Below are positions 29,701-44,447 of a stretch of DNA of 64,000 bases, piece by piece; positions within the stretch are counted from its first letter, which is position 1; each line of letters begins with the position of its first letter. The notes beneath the pieces are model-generated. The model was not told where the DNA came from. It saw only the letters and a program-made list of their open reading frames with translations, and searched no databases. This stretch comes from the human T2T-CHM13v2.0 reference genome, Homo sapiens. Position numbers and translations under genes: made by a program. The stretch lies in NCBI RefSeq assembly GCF_009914755.1, contig NC_060942.1; one strand, written 5' to 3'.

Positions 29701-30974
29701 TCTCCCCTACCCAAGGCATCCATTTAGTGTGACTTTGGTCTCCATATAGTGGGACAGAGCAACCGAATTATGGATTATCTAACATAAAGTCAGACCTTTT
29801 CTCTTCTCTTACACATGGTACACAGAAAACTATACTACTTATTATCAGCTCTAGAAAAAAGCCAAAACAGTTTTGACCCGGAAGATTTAAAACTAATCTT
29901 TGCTTTCCACACTTGGACGCACTAGCAAGAACAGGTTAATGCAAAGAAGAAAGTGTTCAAAGAGAAGACGTAGGGAACTTGGTCTTTTCAATAGAGGCTA
30001 GTTTGAGAACCACAAAAGTTGTTTGAACAAAGGTGTCAAATAAGATGTCTCTTACAAAACTAGCCTAGCACTAAAATCATCTCAACATTCTATTTACTAA
30101 AGATGTCACACTCTCAGTTATGTGACATTTTCTGACATATTTCACTTCTATTCATTAGATGACCTCCCTGTTTCAAAGAACATATTTAATCTAATTGTGA
30201 TTAAGTATACCAGTAGCAGTTATTTATATTGAATTATAAATGTAGAAAAGTGTGAAGAACTTATTTCTTTTCTTTAAAAGGTAGCATCTTAGCAGGGGTC
30301 GGGTAGGTGGAGGGTGCGAAAGGAAGGCTGAAAAAGAAGCAAAACATCTAAATCCACATAATACAGAACACAGAGTAGTTTATTAACTCAACAAGCCCAT
30401 TGAGCAGGTTGTACATTGGACAATGTGCCTGCACAGATGAATAAGAAATAGTCCACTGAAGCCTCTGAAGTGTAGGGGAGGAGCTGAAATCTCAGGCAAG
30501 AATTACATCTCAGGGTAGCAGAGATGCAGCAGCTCCAGGAGCCCTGGGAAGGGAGTGTGTCCCTGGGAAGCAGAGGAAGCCTCCACATCAGAAAGCCTGA
30601 TTGAGAAAAGTCAGGGGATTCACCAGGAAGAAGAGGAGGGAGGAAGGGGACCAGCCTCCAAGTGCATAGCCATTCCCCAGGAACAACGAACATTTCAGTT
30701 TTTGGGGTTTTTTTTGGTGGAATAGTTAATTCAGTTAATTTACTCGGCTTGATGATCATTTTCAATGCTCTCATTCCAGAATGCTAAAACACAGGACTTA
30801 AAATACATAATTAATGATGTCTAAGTCAATTTAGCTGCTATAACAAAATACGAAAGACTGGGTAGCCTAAACAACAAGCATTTACTTCTAACAGTTCCGG
30901 AGGCTAGAATTCTAAGATCAGGACCAGAATGGCTGGATTCCAGACAAGATCCTCTTTCTGGAGGGGTTGGGGAG

Positions 30975-31256
30975 AGAGAGGGTCTCAGTCTATTGCCCAG
31001 GCTGGAGTGCAGTGGCATGATCATGGCTCACTGCAGCCTCGACTTTCCGGGCTCAGCTGATCCTCTCACCTTAACCTCCTGGGTCACTAGGACTACAGAG
31101 GTATGTGTCACCACATCTGGCTAATTTTGTTTTCTTTTTTTCAGTAGAGACAGGGTTTCATCGTGTTGCTCAGGCTGGTCTCGAAACTCCTGGGCTCAAC
31201 TGATCCTCCTACCTCAACCTCCCAAAGTGCTTGGATTACAGGTGTGAGCCACCACG
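30975..31256 (-). mobile_element. Alu (AluJ-like) nested in MLT1
   Basis: Antisense dimer with TSD tcctctttctg at 30950-30960 and 31261-31271. Confidence 0.9.
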
Positions 31257-31345
31257 AGGGTCCTCTTTCTGATTTACAGATGACCATCTTCTCGTGGTAT
31301 CCTCACATGGAGAAGAGAGAAGGCTGGCTAGCTCTCTTCCTTTAC

Positions 31346-31531
31346 TTTTCTTTTTTTTTTTAAATTATACTTTAAAGTTCTGGGATACATGTGCAGAATG
31401 TGCAGGTTTGTTACATGGGTATACACGTGCCATGGTGTTTTGCTGCACCCATCAACCCGTCATCTACATCCGGTATTTCTCCTAATGCTAACCCTCCCCT
31501 CGTCCCCCACCGCTGACAGGCCCCAGTGTGT
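31346..31531 (-). mobile_element. L1PA 3'-end fragment nested in MLT1
   Basis: Poly-T followed by attatactttaaagttctgggatacatgtgcagaatgtgcaggtttgttaca...ccccagtgtgt. Confidence 0.9.
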
Positions 31532-33448
31532 CTTCCTCTTCTTATAAGGACATTAATTCCTTCATCGGAGGTCCACCCTCATCACCCAATCATCTCCCAA
31601 AGGCTTCACCTCCTAACACCATCCCACTGGGGATTAAGGTTTCAACATATGAATTTGGGGAGTGGGGATAGGACACAAACAAGCAGCCCAAAACGATAAA
31701 TAAAAGAGTAACGGAAATGTCAGGTATGTAATAAATGTCAGTTCCGTATCCTGCAGTGCTATGCTCATGCCCCACTGTGAGCAGGGATGCTCATTCGCAT
31801 GGTGAAAACACTCCCACTGTGGTCAATCTCAAGCTACCAATGGTTTAACAAACAGCCCACGCAATGCCTAAATATTTAAACTATTAACATCTATCCTTCA
31901 TACCACAGATTGTGAGTCAGTTTTAGGTCTTAAAAACTAAATTGCTTCAGGAGCTGGTAGGAAAGTAGCGTTTCAGAGCTATTCATTTGAATATTAACCC
32001 GTTTCCTGTGTGATCTAGAGGATACTTTCCAATCATCTTGCCCTCATTTATCAATTTTAAAATTAAGTTAGCATTATGTTATTCTTGACATCTTTTCTAA
32101 TTAGGGTCTAACACAAAATATATCTCGATTTTTTTAAATCACATGTTAATTAACTAAAAAATAATAATTAAGATTCAACTCTCTTCTCACCCCATCAGTT
32201 TCAAAGTAAAGAATAGCACGAAATGTCTTGGGAAATCATTATTAAATCTAAAAATGTTATTTACAACAGCATTTAATAATAAGTGAATATGTATTAAATT
32301 TACATTCTTACTGCATTCACATTAACGAGCTTAAAGATTTCACCATTTTGTTGTTGTTGCTGTTTTCTAAGAAAAAGCTAAATCCAGATTCATATTTCAA
32401 AGGTGAAAACACCCAGGTTTGGAGAACTATCACAACCAGGCCAAGGTCTCAGTAAGCCACTGTAACATTAGCTGCACTGACAGCTTTTAAGCTAAGCTTG
32501 CTAACTAAGTACAGGCCTATGCTGCAATAGCTGAGCCTGCTGCTTTGGCATTCTCAACAACCACAGAGTTCACTAAATATGACCAAATGGTGCTACTGCA
32601 GCATAAAGTGTGGCATATATTAAACCACATGTGACAAGTTGGGCTTCTGTGCCTTGTGAAATCACCTATGAATTTAAGTGTAGTAGGCAGAAGACAAGTG
32701 TAGCATTCAGAAATACAAAGCAAAGGGAAACCAGCTATGTGCACTTACAGAAATTCAAGTTTCTCCCTCAGAAATATCAACAAAAGATGTGTAGAGTATC
32801 GGTTTTATACTCAATCCCGCTTTCATTACATTGCATGGAATTTAGCAGCAAGAATGGGAGCGTCAGGCTACCCAGGTTCTATCTAGTTCCTAGCTGAACT
32901 CTGAACAAGCAACTTATGTCTTCTTTTTACTCATTTGTGAAATAAGGAGCTGGATTTGATGATCTTTAAGGTATCAACAAACTCTAGAAGGGTTTTTTTT
33001 TTTTTTTAAAAAAGGAAATTCTAAGTGATTTACTAAAAACTTTGACTAGTACTGGACTAGGTGAGAATACTTCTGGCTTAGAAAATGGCAAAGTCCCTTG
33101 ACCTTCCTTGAAAAAGATATCTGACATTTTGGATACAATAAAACAAAAATAATTCTATAGAGAAAAATTTGATAAAAGCTCAGGAGTGGAAGTTACTGAA
33201 CTAGAATATTCCTTCTATATTGGGATATATATTTGCATGCATTTCTCTCCTTCCTCAGTGGGCATTAAGTGTGGAGTTCTGGGAGGGTGAGCTCCATGCA
33301 TGAATTGTCTTCCTAAAGCAATTTGAATCTTTCAAAGTGATTAAAAAGGACATCACAGCTTTAGTCAGCATTGAAACAAAGAAGTCACTTAGTCACGTAG
33401 CCTTTCTCAGTTAAAAAAAAAAAAATCTTGCTTCCTCCCCTCAGAATT

Positions 33449-33602
33449 GTATTTCATCACCTATAAGATGCCACTGAATGTCAAAAACATCATTATCTAT
33501 TTCCTACCAAGAGAGGAAAAAAGTTGCCAATTGAATTGGCATACCATAAATTTCTGAGATGTTGAAATGTGAAAAAAAAGTCTTAGAATTAATTAAATAT
33601 GG
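33449..33602. mobile_element. TcMar-type MITE (MER104-like)
   Basis: Imperfect TIRs tgtatttcatcacctataagatg / gtcttagaattaattaaatatgg, with internal tctgagatgttgaaatgtgaaaaa. Confidence 0.45.
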
Positions 33603-35811
33603 AAGCCTATGACTTTATCCATAGTTTTCCCAGAATGTTACCCAAAACCATCTTCCAAGGGGAATCATAAGCACGCAGGTGAGTCATGTGTTTCACCTGA
33701 CCCAATCCTCTCACTATCCTGATCACCTTGTTTTAATACTAAAAAAAAGGAAGTCATTTATCATCTAATAATAAACATAAATAAGAAAAAAAGAGTTAAC
33801 AGAAATTAAATGTGTACTTCTCAAATGCTTTCTGTATTTATTATTCCCTTCAAGTACAAAGAATTTCTGTCTTGTATGTGCTATTTTGGGAGTATGTTAA
33901 ATATTTGTGATATGGCTAAAGGCTACCAGGGCATAGTCTCCTTCCTCATTACCTATTCTGATAGTTACAAAACCCTGAAGCTAGAAGGAATCTCATACAC
34001 TATATAGGCCAAGCCTTCATTCTGCAGAGGCAGAACAGAGCTTTAAGAAACAGCTACTTAGGATTTGAGTTAGGACAAGAACTCAGTTATCTGACCTAGT
34101 CTAGGAGGTCAGAACATTCTGCTGAATTCATCTATTATAATCTGTGAGCAACAACTTGGAAAAGGAGTTGCCTGAAATTTCTCTATCTACTTGCCTGAAA
34201 TTTCTCCAACCAGTTTAATGACGCTACCTTTCGCCAATACTATTCCTCAAATAAGCCCACATCTGTAAAACACTAGAGTATAAACAGTCTGAAACAAATT
34301 ACTCAAGGCTTCTCAGATCTTCTTTTTCACCCAGGTTCAATGATGAAGGCTTGCTAAGTTGCAAATCATCAGAGGGGAGAACAATGCAAAGCAAAGAAAG
34401 AGTAAAAGCAATTTATCCAATACCCACACACTGTCCCTTTCTAAATCAAATGTTCAAATAAATGCAAAGATGTATTTTCCTCCTGATAAACCTAGGATAC
34501 CACTAAATCACTTCCAAATATAGCAAGCACCCCCATCCTGCAAGCACAGGTGACTCGACCCACACAAAGCCAGCTTGTCTGCATATTGTACCAATCCCAG
34601 TAGATGCTCAAATAGAGCTTCATTTGAAGACACTACGACAAGGCAAATAATTAAACATTCAAATTCCCAAGCTGATATCTGTATAATAAACAATCTACCC
34701 ATCACAAAGTCCACCTTGATATCTCTGGCTTACAGGAAATGTCCCAAAGAGGCAGTCCACGTTACTACGGGGTTGGCCATACATTCCATGCTACTGCATA
34801 AGAGATTCTGGAATCTTACGCTAAAAGGGCAGTGTCAGGCCTGGCGGTAAAAGAAAAACAGTAACCCTCATCCAAACTACACACATCCAAAGCACTACTG
34901 TCATTACACAAGCCAAATCAGACATGAATGATGTGACCCAGCATTCAGGCTTCAGTGTAACCCCACCATGAAACACTGGGTCTACCTTGAAAATGAACTT
35001 CTCATCCTCTTCCAAGTGCTCAGATGAACTGAAACCCCACGAACAATCACTACCAAGAAATAGCACTTCCTACTGGCCTGACTCTTCTGACAGAGAATCT
35101 CATGTCTTCCTCTACTAAGAAAGACTCACAGTCACCTTAAAAAGTGACTTTTTGGTCATTACACCTCAGCCCAAGATGGTCAACGGGTTAATATTCTTTT
35201 CTGATCTCTTCAATTATGCTGCCTAGAAGTCTGAGGGTTGGCAGGCAGGGCAACCTTGTCAGAGCTGCAGAGAGCTCTGCAGATGTCTCTGTTGTGTTCA
35301 CTCAAACTGAAAAGGAGAAAAGATGGCCCTCTGACAACAGACAGCTGTCAATTAGATGGCACGCTCACACTCAGTAGGCCAATGAGCGGCAGTGGAGGTG
35401 ACAAGTGCTTGGCTAATCAGTGTGCCTATAAAAAATCACAGCCCTTCCCTGCGCCACTCACACCAGCACATGAGGTGACAGCATGTGTCGTCTTCAACTG
35501 CTCCTGTTCTCCCTACCCCCAGTGTCATCAGTACTGTGAGAAGGCTCAGGTCAATGCAATATGCCTAGAAACAAAAATCAGACCAACAAAAACTGGCATA
35601 GGGAAAGAAATCCCTGCAGCAAAATCACCCAAAAAGGGAAATACATTGATACACTAACCTATTCAGAGCTGGTTCACATTGATACTGAAAGAAGACAACC
35701 CATTAGATGCTGTTAACAAAAATACTATCAGAAAAGAAGAGCCAAAAGAAGAGCCAAAGTTATCCATCCACCTGACCTTTTTCCCATCCTCCATCTTGTC
35801 TTTTTCTCCTC

Positions 35812-35829
35812 TAGCCACCAGGGGGCACT
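35812..35829 (+). promoter_or_regulatory. CTCF motif TAGCCACCAGGGGGCACT
   Basis: Near-consensus match to TGGCCACCAGGGGGCGCT. Confidence 0.65.
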
Positions 35830-36493
35830 TTGGGGCTAGCTCCTTGAGGACACTGGAGATTCTGAGCTTTCACAAGTACCTCAATATTGGCGGTGGGGTC
35901 AGTGGATGGGGATGGAATGAATCAGAAAGTAGAGCTAAAGGAGAAACCTAGGGATTCTGTAGAGCAGAAAGGTGAGTTCCCAAAATCTTCAGCTCAAATA
36001 TACCCCTCTAATCTAATCACTAAATGCTGAATTCACTAAGAAACTACCCGAGCCCGACAGATTTTTACTCACTAATGACAAAAAACAACCTCTCTTTCCT
36101 CTTTCTCCCTCCCCCTTACCCCCTTTCTCTCTTCCTCTGCCCCCACCCCGTCTCACTTCTCTATTGGTTTCTAAAAGAGCAGCTGATTGGAAGTAGAGAA
36201 ATCAGGAAGAAAAACAAGGGGTGGCAGGGGGATAACTGGTAACTATAGAGTCAAATTTGTGGCTATCCACCTGCAGCACAGAGACAAAACAGCATCAGCC
36301 TGTTTTAGATAAAGATGAATTTGAACAAAATACAAATACATTTAAACTTGACCCTGATTTAGTTGGGAACTTGCATGGCCATTCTATGCCCCAACTACTT
36401 TTATTCAACTCTTCTTCTTCACCTATGCCAAATAAGAGGCCAATCTGCCTGCCATACCCAAAAGAAAACCTCCAAATGTTTTTCATAAAATAA

Positions 36494-36781
36494 CTTTTTT
36501 TGTTAGATGGTTTCTCTCTTGTCACCCAGGCTGGAGTGCAATGCACGATCTTGGCTCACTTCAGCCTCTGCCTCCCAGGTTCAAGTGATTCTCCTGCCTC
36601 AGCATCCCGAGTAACTAGGATTATAGGCGTGAGCCACCACACCCTGCTAATTTTGTATTTTTAGTAGAGATGGGGTTTCACTATGCTGGCCAGGCCGGTC
36701 TCGAACTCCTGGCCTCAGGTGATCTGCCCGCCTAGGCCTCCCAAAGTTCTAGGATTATAGGCATGAGCCACCGCGGCCAGG
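36494..36781 (-). mobile_element. Alu (AluS)
   Basis: Antisense dimer with TSD taaaataactt / taaaattactt. Confidence 0.95.
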
Positions 36782-39700
36782 TAAAATTACTTCTAAAAGA
36801 CCACTGAAGACTAAAAAGGTCAAGTGGAAAGGTAGATATCAGGGATTAGAGTCCTTCATCTTTTGCGAGTCAATGAAAGAATTCACAGCAAAGTTCTGCT
36901 CCAAGGCTTGTCCAGCCCTGCTCAAGTTCTCAGGGCCCTAGAGGCTCCCAGTTTCAAGGCAATCAGGCCATCGCTACTGGGTGCCAAAGCTGCAGAATGT
37001 CCACACGGCCACTGCCATCAGCTCATTCCTGGAAGACAAAGCTGCCTTTCTTCAAGGGAAATGTAAGGAGCCATTCAATCTCAATCTGCATTCATGACCA
37101 ACAAGCTGGAGTAGTGCCAGAACAGAGCCTGAGACTGGCCACCAACTCTCCAACATCAACACCTACACCACATTAGTCAAACCAGTACAGCAGGCCCTAC
37201 TCCCAGCGCCTCCCAGGTACCTCCAGAAGCATGCTGGGTCCCCACCCAGGGAGTCCCCACGGCTCCGCTGAATGACTACATTGCCAGAATGCCAGGCCAA
37301 TCTGCTGAGTTCATTAGGGTTTGGGACACACCTGTTCCCTCCTTTGCCATGACTCTTTCAAAGCTATAATACCATCCACTTAGACCCATGGACAGCAAAA
37401 TACGCCAATATCACACAGCCATGGACATTCAGACCATTTCGTATTCTTTACCACCATTCCAGCTAGTACTAGAATGGGTATCTTCTGACCGAAAGCTTTT
37501 TCCCTCTTGTGCACTCTTTCCTAAGCATAAAAATCCAAGGAGCACAATCATAATTTCTTGGTCAAATGCCAACTTGCAATCTACAGTTTTGTAGTTTTTC
37601 TCAAATCTCATCAAGTACTAGTTTATTGACTACAACCTTTCATTGTTAATTAAGAAAACAATGCTTACCACAAAAAATAAAATAAAATAAAATTCAAACA
37701 ATACAGGAGCATATCAAGGAAAAAGAAATATGTTTCAATATATGAAAAGTAAGGAGGTCATTCCAAGCAGCCCTACTCTTCCCCATGCACAGCCTCATAG
37801 CAGAGATAAGAGCAGCTCCCGGAGTGCTGGCTACTCTGCTATCTCCTTAACCATCTGAATTTCTCTTTCACCAGTTGAAAAACCAGGAGGGCTCAACCCT
37901 CTGTCATTGAGTCTCCACTGTTCCTGAGCATTTCTGGGGAGACTGGAATATAAGGGGTGCTCCAGTTGAGTAGTAACAGCAGCCACATCACAGAGCCAAA
38001 GGAGGCACTGGTTTGCCAATGTGTCCATTTCCTCTTAAAGACTCGGATACACACAGGCACCATTTTTACACTAGAACAGAAAAAAGAGGGAGAGAATCAT
38101 TTCTAGAGAGGAGGAAGTTATTATTAAGAAAAAGCCTGGGCTATAGAGTATTAGGACTGTGGAAAGGTCTGACCACCCATCCACCCTTTGAAAGTCAAAG
38201 GGTAGTTCATGGGATCCTCCCACTTATGGCTCCAAAGTTTTTAATCTCTAAGTTCATTCCACATTTTCTCCATGGAACATGATATAGGTGTGGGCTCATG
38301 CTTCTGGCAAATGGGCCTTCTGAGAATCACATCTACTGAAAATACAGCATTGCCTGCCCTAGTAGCCTGGCTCAGAGTTTGGGTCTAACCAGAACAAGGG
38401 AGGCCTTATCAGTCCTCTGGGGGCTGAAGATAGTCAAGGCTCTCTCTAGTTTCATCAGGGACGACTGACACCCTACCTTACACACTAGCTTCTTAGTTAT
38501 TGCAAAGCTTTTACATATTTAGGGAGCTTTTCCATCAAAATATTCTGGAATGGCTAGAGGCTCAGACATATTAATGATATCTGCACACATGTGCTTTTTA
38601 TCCAAGTTCACAGCTCCTGGTCACTGAGGGTAAACAGTGTTATCAGTGATTATTATGGATTTAGTCAAGTATATTTTATTCCTGTCATTTATAAGCACTT
38701 GTGTTGGCTGGTATTTACAATGTCGGGATTCTGTCACTTTGGCAACCTTCAGAGACAACATTTTTCCAGTGTTACAGTGACATTTCAAAAACTCAGTATT
38801 TACAAGCAAACGACACCCTCTGGCTCTGTGACAGTATGATTCAATGGTAGCTTAACAAAGGGACAATCGTCTAGAAATTTCCTCAGGATGTGTTTCCGGC
38901 TGCTGCTGGCTATTACTTCATGGTCTAGGTGACCTTTTGCTCTTTGGAAGAAAGCGGGTACAAAGACATCAAAGGAAAACTTCCGTGTTACAGGCTAGGA
39001 ATTTTACTTGTATTGTGTGGCTGTGTCTGAGCAAGGTCTGCTTGCTGTGTGATGACGACCAACCTCAACATCTCTGAGCTTTAGTTTTCCACTTGCTACA
39101 AAGCGGCACTGGATGCCAGATGATGTCTAGGTCCTTTCTGACTCTAACATTCTATCTTTAAGGATTTCAATGTTATAAATAAAAGCTAAGTCCACTGTCA
39201 TTCATTTTTTATGTCCTACAACAAGGTTACAAAATTAAAATCATATAAAGTAAACATGAAGAGGAAAAGCTTGATCTACTCAATGCATCCACTTCTTCCC
39301 AGTTCTCCCCATCCTCTGCCAAGTTGTACCAGGGAGAGTGAAGGAGAATGAAACTTGGGGGATGAGATGTGGCTGGTGTTGCACTTCTCCCCTGAGCTTC
39401 AGGGCCAGAAATTTCCAGGAGGACCATGGTCCTTTTCACCACAACCAGAGAGTAGAGGTACCACTGATGGGCAATAGATAGCATGGGCGGTACGCACCAC
39501 GCTATTGCAACTGGTACTTACTTACAGGAAACATTCAAAATATTCTTTTTTGTCTATGTAAAGACAATGCTCCTGATATACAGATTGCTAGGTTCTTCAT
39601 ATCCTCTTTAGAAATGCACATTTTTTCTCATTGGCAGACAGAGGTCTCAGCCTGGTAACTAGGTAAGTGCCTCCATGAATGATCCCTAAGTTAATAATGA

Positions 39701-39923
39701 ATAGAGAGCTGGAACCATCTATGAAAAGACTCTGTGGGCTACTTGCTATGACACAAAGCTACACCAACTTTATCCAGTGCTAAAGAAGTGACAAAGAAAA
39801 TGCCAAATCTGGATCCAAAGGAGTTTGTTCCCCAGTCCCATCTCTGCCTTCAGAGTGAAAACAAATCTCTCTAAATCTCAGTTTCTTTATCAATAAAACT
39901 GGATTAAAAATAATCCCAGCCTC

Positions 39924-40243
<320 letters not shown>

Positions 40244-40336
40244 TCATTGGCATGGTTAATTTAAGTCAAGAAATTTGCATGGAAGTATTTAAATATAGTA
40301 AGTTACATGCTCACATACAATTTCTTACTATTGCTA

Positions 40337-41080
40337 GTTCATTCATTCATTCACTCATCCATCCTGTGACTCTGGAACAAGCACTTCCTGGGTGCCCCTG
40401 TTAGACACTGCAGATAGAGACGGCAAGCCTAGCCCTTGCCCCTAGCCTTTGCCCTTCTCTGGCTGTAGACAGTGTGATGACTGTGAGGAAAAAGAAGTGC
40501 TCCAAAGGCTTCCTGAGCACAGAAGAGAGGCAGCTCGCTCTGCCCTGGTTATAACATCCAGGGTCCCTGAATCTTGAACAAAGCAGGTGAGTTAGCTGGT
40601 AGAACAGATGTAAGGCAAGAAGAAGGGGAGGCAAGGCAAAGGTATTTCAGGTTCTTATAAAGACAGAGAGAACCGTGAAAGAACTCTTGAGGGAACTGCA
40701 AGCAGCTCAGTAGGGCTGGAACATGAGATGTGAATGGTGAGTACGAAGGCTGAGGCTGCAGGCAGAAACAGGGGCCAGGATACCACCATGCTAAGGACAG
40801 GCCCCAAAGCCAAGGAACAATGTTTTGTGGAGACTGTCACTCCAGCAGCAGTGGACAGGAGGCATGTGAGGGAGAAGGTGGGTAGAGGGATCAGAGCAGC
40901 ACGGGCAGCCACGGTGGTGACTGGGGGTCTAGGAGGCAGCAGCAGATTTATTGGTATCTTGCAAGCAGAATTGATGAGATCTGGAAACTGAGGACTTTTG
41001 GAGATGAGGGAGACCGAGCAGTCTCAGATGGTGGCTGGGAGTCAGTCATCACACCAAGGGACACAGATGGAAGAACTAAT
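40337..41080 (-). mobile_element. L2 LINE 3' portion
   Basis: (TTCA)n L2 terminus, then gggaactgcaagcagctcagtagggctggaac, ggggccagga...atgctaagga, tcactccagcagcagtg. Confidence 0.7.
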
Positions 41081-41253
41081 CCCGACGGACTGAAATCCAA
41101 TCAATGGAATTCAAATTCAAAAGCACAATACCAAAGGTGAATTATCTATTTTTCTCAACTCACAATTTGGTAATTGCCAAATTTTACTCTGGCTTCTTGA
41201 AAAATAAATCCAAACACATGTAAGAATACGAATTTGGAAAGTGATAAATACTT

Positions 41254-41410
41254 CCAGATGTGGTGGCTCACACCTATAATCCCAGCACTTTGGGAGGCCA
41301 AGGTGGGAGGATCACTCTGGCCGGGAGTTCAAGACCAGCCTGGGCAACACAGCAGGACCCTGACTCTTAAAAAAAAAAAAAAAAAAAAAAAAGAAAGAAA
41401 GAAAAGAAAA
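41254..41410 (+). mobile_element. Alu monomer (FLAM-like)
   Basis: Single left arm with poly-A. TSD aaagtgataaatact / aaagtcataaatact. Confidence 0.9.
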
Positions 41411-42716
41411 GTCATAAATACTAAGGCCTCATGGTTACTATACTATTAGCTGAAGTCATCTACCTAGAGAGCATGTGAGGATCTTCAGTGGGACACAGGG
41501 TGAGTTTCCTAATAAATATCTACTGAACACAGAAAGTCAGAGTTTGGTAGAATGTATTATTGTTGAATGTTCTAAATGGTCTGATTGCTGGTTAAGGCTC
41601 TATACAGCTGATTTAGGATAACTACATTTTATTTCTAGAGCTATATGTGTAACTATCTAGAGGAAAGATAAAATTATCTGTACCAGTTGGCTAAGGAAGA
41701 TATATTAGATGGAACTCCAAAGGAGCCTCTGATCTTGGCATCTATGAGCTTCTGAAAGGTACATTATAAAATTTTAGAGGCTAGTACAATTACCTAAATC
41801 ATAATAAGATAAAAACCTGCTTCATAATGACATATGGATGGAGACAGTCTGGAGTCCAAAAACTGATAGGGTGTGTGTATTATCTGCAAAAGGACATTAA
41901 GAACATGTTCTTTCGAAATAAATCAAAGAATAATCCCTCCCTCTATACATAAAACTCCAAACTTAAATGTTCTTTCCGGTGACAAATGGCACCCAGGACT
42001 TGCACCCTCAAAAAAGACTCAAGCGAGTCTTACGTGGTCGCTAGTTGGGAGTAGCATTCTGGGGAAGAAGTTCATGTTAGTGCCTTCTCTTTGGCTGAGA
42101 CAGTTACATGGCAGAGATGCAGAAAGACTCCTTGAGGGACGATGTCATAGCAGTGGCAGCTGTTGACATTCTTCTTTGCCACATGTCATTGTCCATACAA
42201 ATCTTTTACCACCACTGATGTTGTATTGTACCAGTCACTCTACACATGACAGTTCTGAGCTGCTTAGCTCAGTGTGACAAACACAATTCACAGTTCAAAT
42301 GTAATAGATAATATATATTTCCACAGGAGTGAACCACATCCCAGGGATGGGACTTCAAAGCAGTGGCAGGGTGCAAGTTAAGGTGTATTCCCCAACTTTC
42401 ATGAGTTTTGATCAAAAAGTTTGTTTACAATTCATAATATATATATTTTTTAATTTTCAATATTTTTCTATATGACAAAACTGAAACCCTTCTAAGACTT
42501 TAAATTCTGATTCCCTTAGGGTTTGATATCTTACTTGTAAGTGATGACCCTCTCTAGGACTCAGCCCTCCATTCCGTGAAACCTGGCATCTCTGTGAACC
42601 AGCAGTGGGGCACAAAATACCCTGGGAGAACACAGAGTGAGCAGAGTCTCCTGGGCCCAGGTAAGCCCAAGTGGAACCAAACGACCACTCACTGACTTGA
42701 ATCAACATTCCTATCA

Positions 42717-43563
<847 letters not shown>

Positions 43564-44164
43564 GAATATCACTGCTTGATTTTCGATTTTCTACCTTCTC
43601 TATAACAGTCATCACCTCATATTTATCCGTGACTTGATCCTATGAAATCATCTACTTTCTGACTTTCAACAGAGTCTTTCCTCTGACTCTATGTTCACTT
43701 TGGGACAGTATTCACCTCTAACCACTCCCTCGGTCCAGTTATACACAGTTCATCTGAATAGCACAAAATGTTGTTTTGTTTTGTTTTTTTAACTAAGAAA
43801 CTATAGATAAGGAACCTGCTTACTGTCTTATAACAGTGTGTGTGTGTGTTTCATATATATAGACATACATAATTCAGATATATACGATATATACACATAT
43901 ATGTTTCCCATATAGTGGGCAACTTGTCTTTTTGGATTTTTTCTATGAAAATATAAAGCAAAAAAATTCTTCTTGGTTAAATCACTATATATTGGCATGA
44001 TTAACTCACATGAAGACCTATACAGATACCTTACATAACTTAAAATAAGTTTAGGCTCACATTTTTATATCGGTAAATATTTTACTCTTATTCCTTCTTT
44101 GGATAAAAAACTATTTTGCAGACATCTATTACTGACTCAATCTTCAACAAGTATTAAGACTGTT

Positions 44165-44447
44165 GGCTGGGTGCAGTGGCTCATGCCTATAATCACAGCA
44201 TTTTGGAAAGTCTAGGTAGAAGGATGGCTTGAAGTCAGGAATTTGAGACAGCCTGGACAACAACGTGAGACCCTGGCTCTACAAAACATAAAAAAGTTAA
44301 CCAGCCATGGTGGTATATGCCTGCAGTCCTAGCTACTCAGGAGGCTGAGGAGGGAGGATTGCTTGAGCCCAGGAGTTCAAGGTTGCAGTGAGCTATGACT
44401 GCACCACTGCACTCCAGCCTGGGTGATAGAGTGAGATCTCGTATCTA
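44165..44447 (+). mobile_element. Alu (AluJ-like), tail eroded
   Basis: Full dimer with J-type ggattgcttgagcccaggagttcaaggttgcagtgagctatga. Confidence 0.92.

Larger units (their letters stand above)
30818..31697 (-). mobile_element. MLT1-type (ERVL-MaLR) solo LTR, interrupted by an Alu and an L1PA fragment
   Basis: gctgctataacaaaatac...acagttccggaggctagaattctaagatcagg...tcctcacatgg...tcttataaggacattaat...ggattaaggtttcaacatatgaattt...gacacaaac. Confidence 0.8.

Noticed and set aside
34168-34206. Short direct duplications (ttgcctgaaatttctc twice; others near 5435-5470 and 35732-35757)
   Set aside because: Ordinary two-copy slippage duplications with no higher-order structure.
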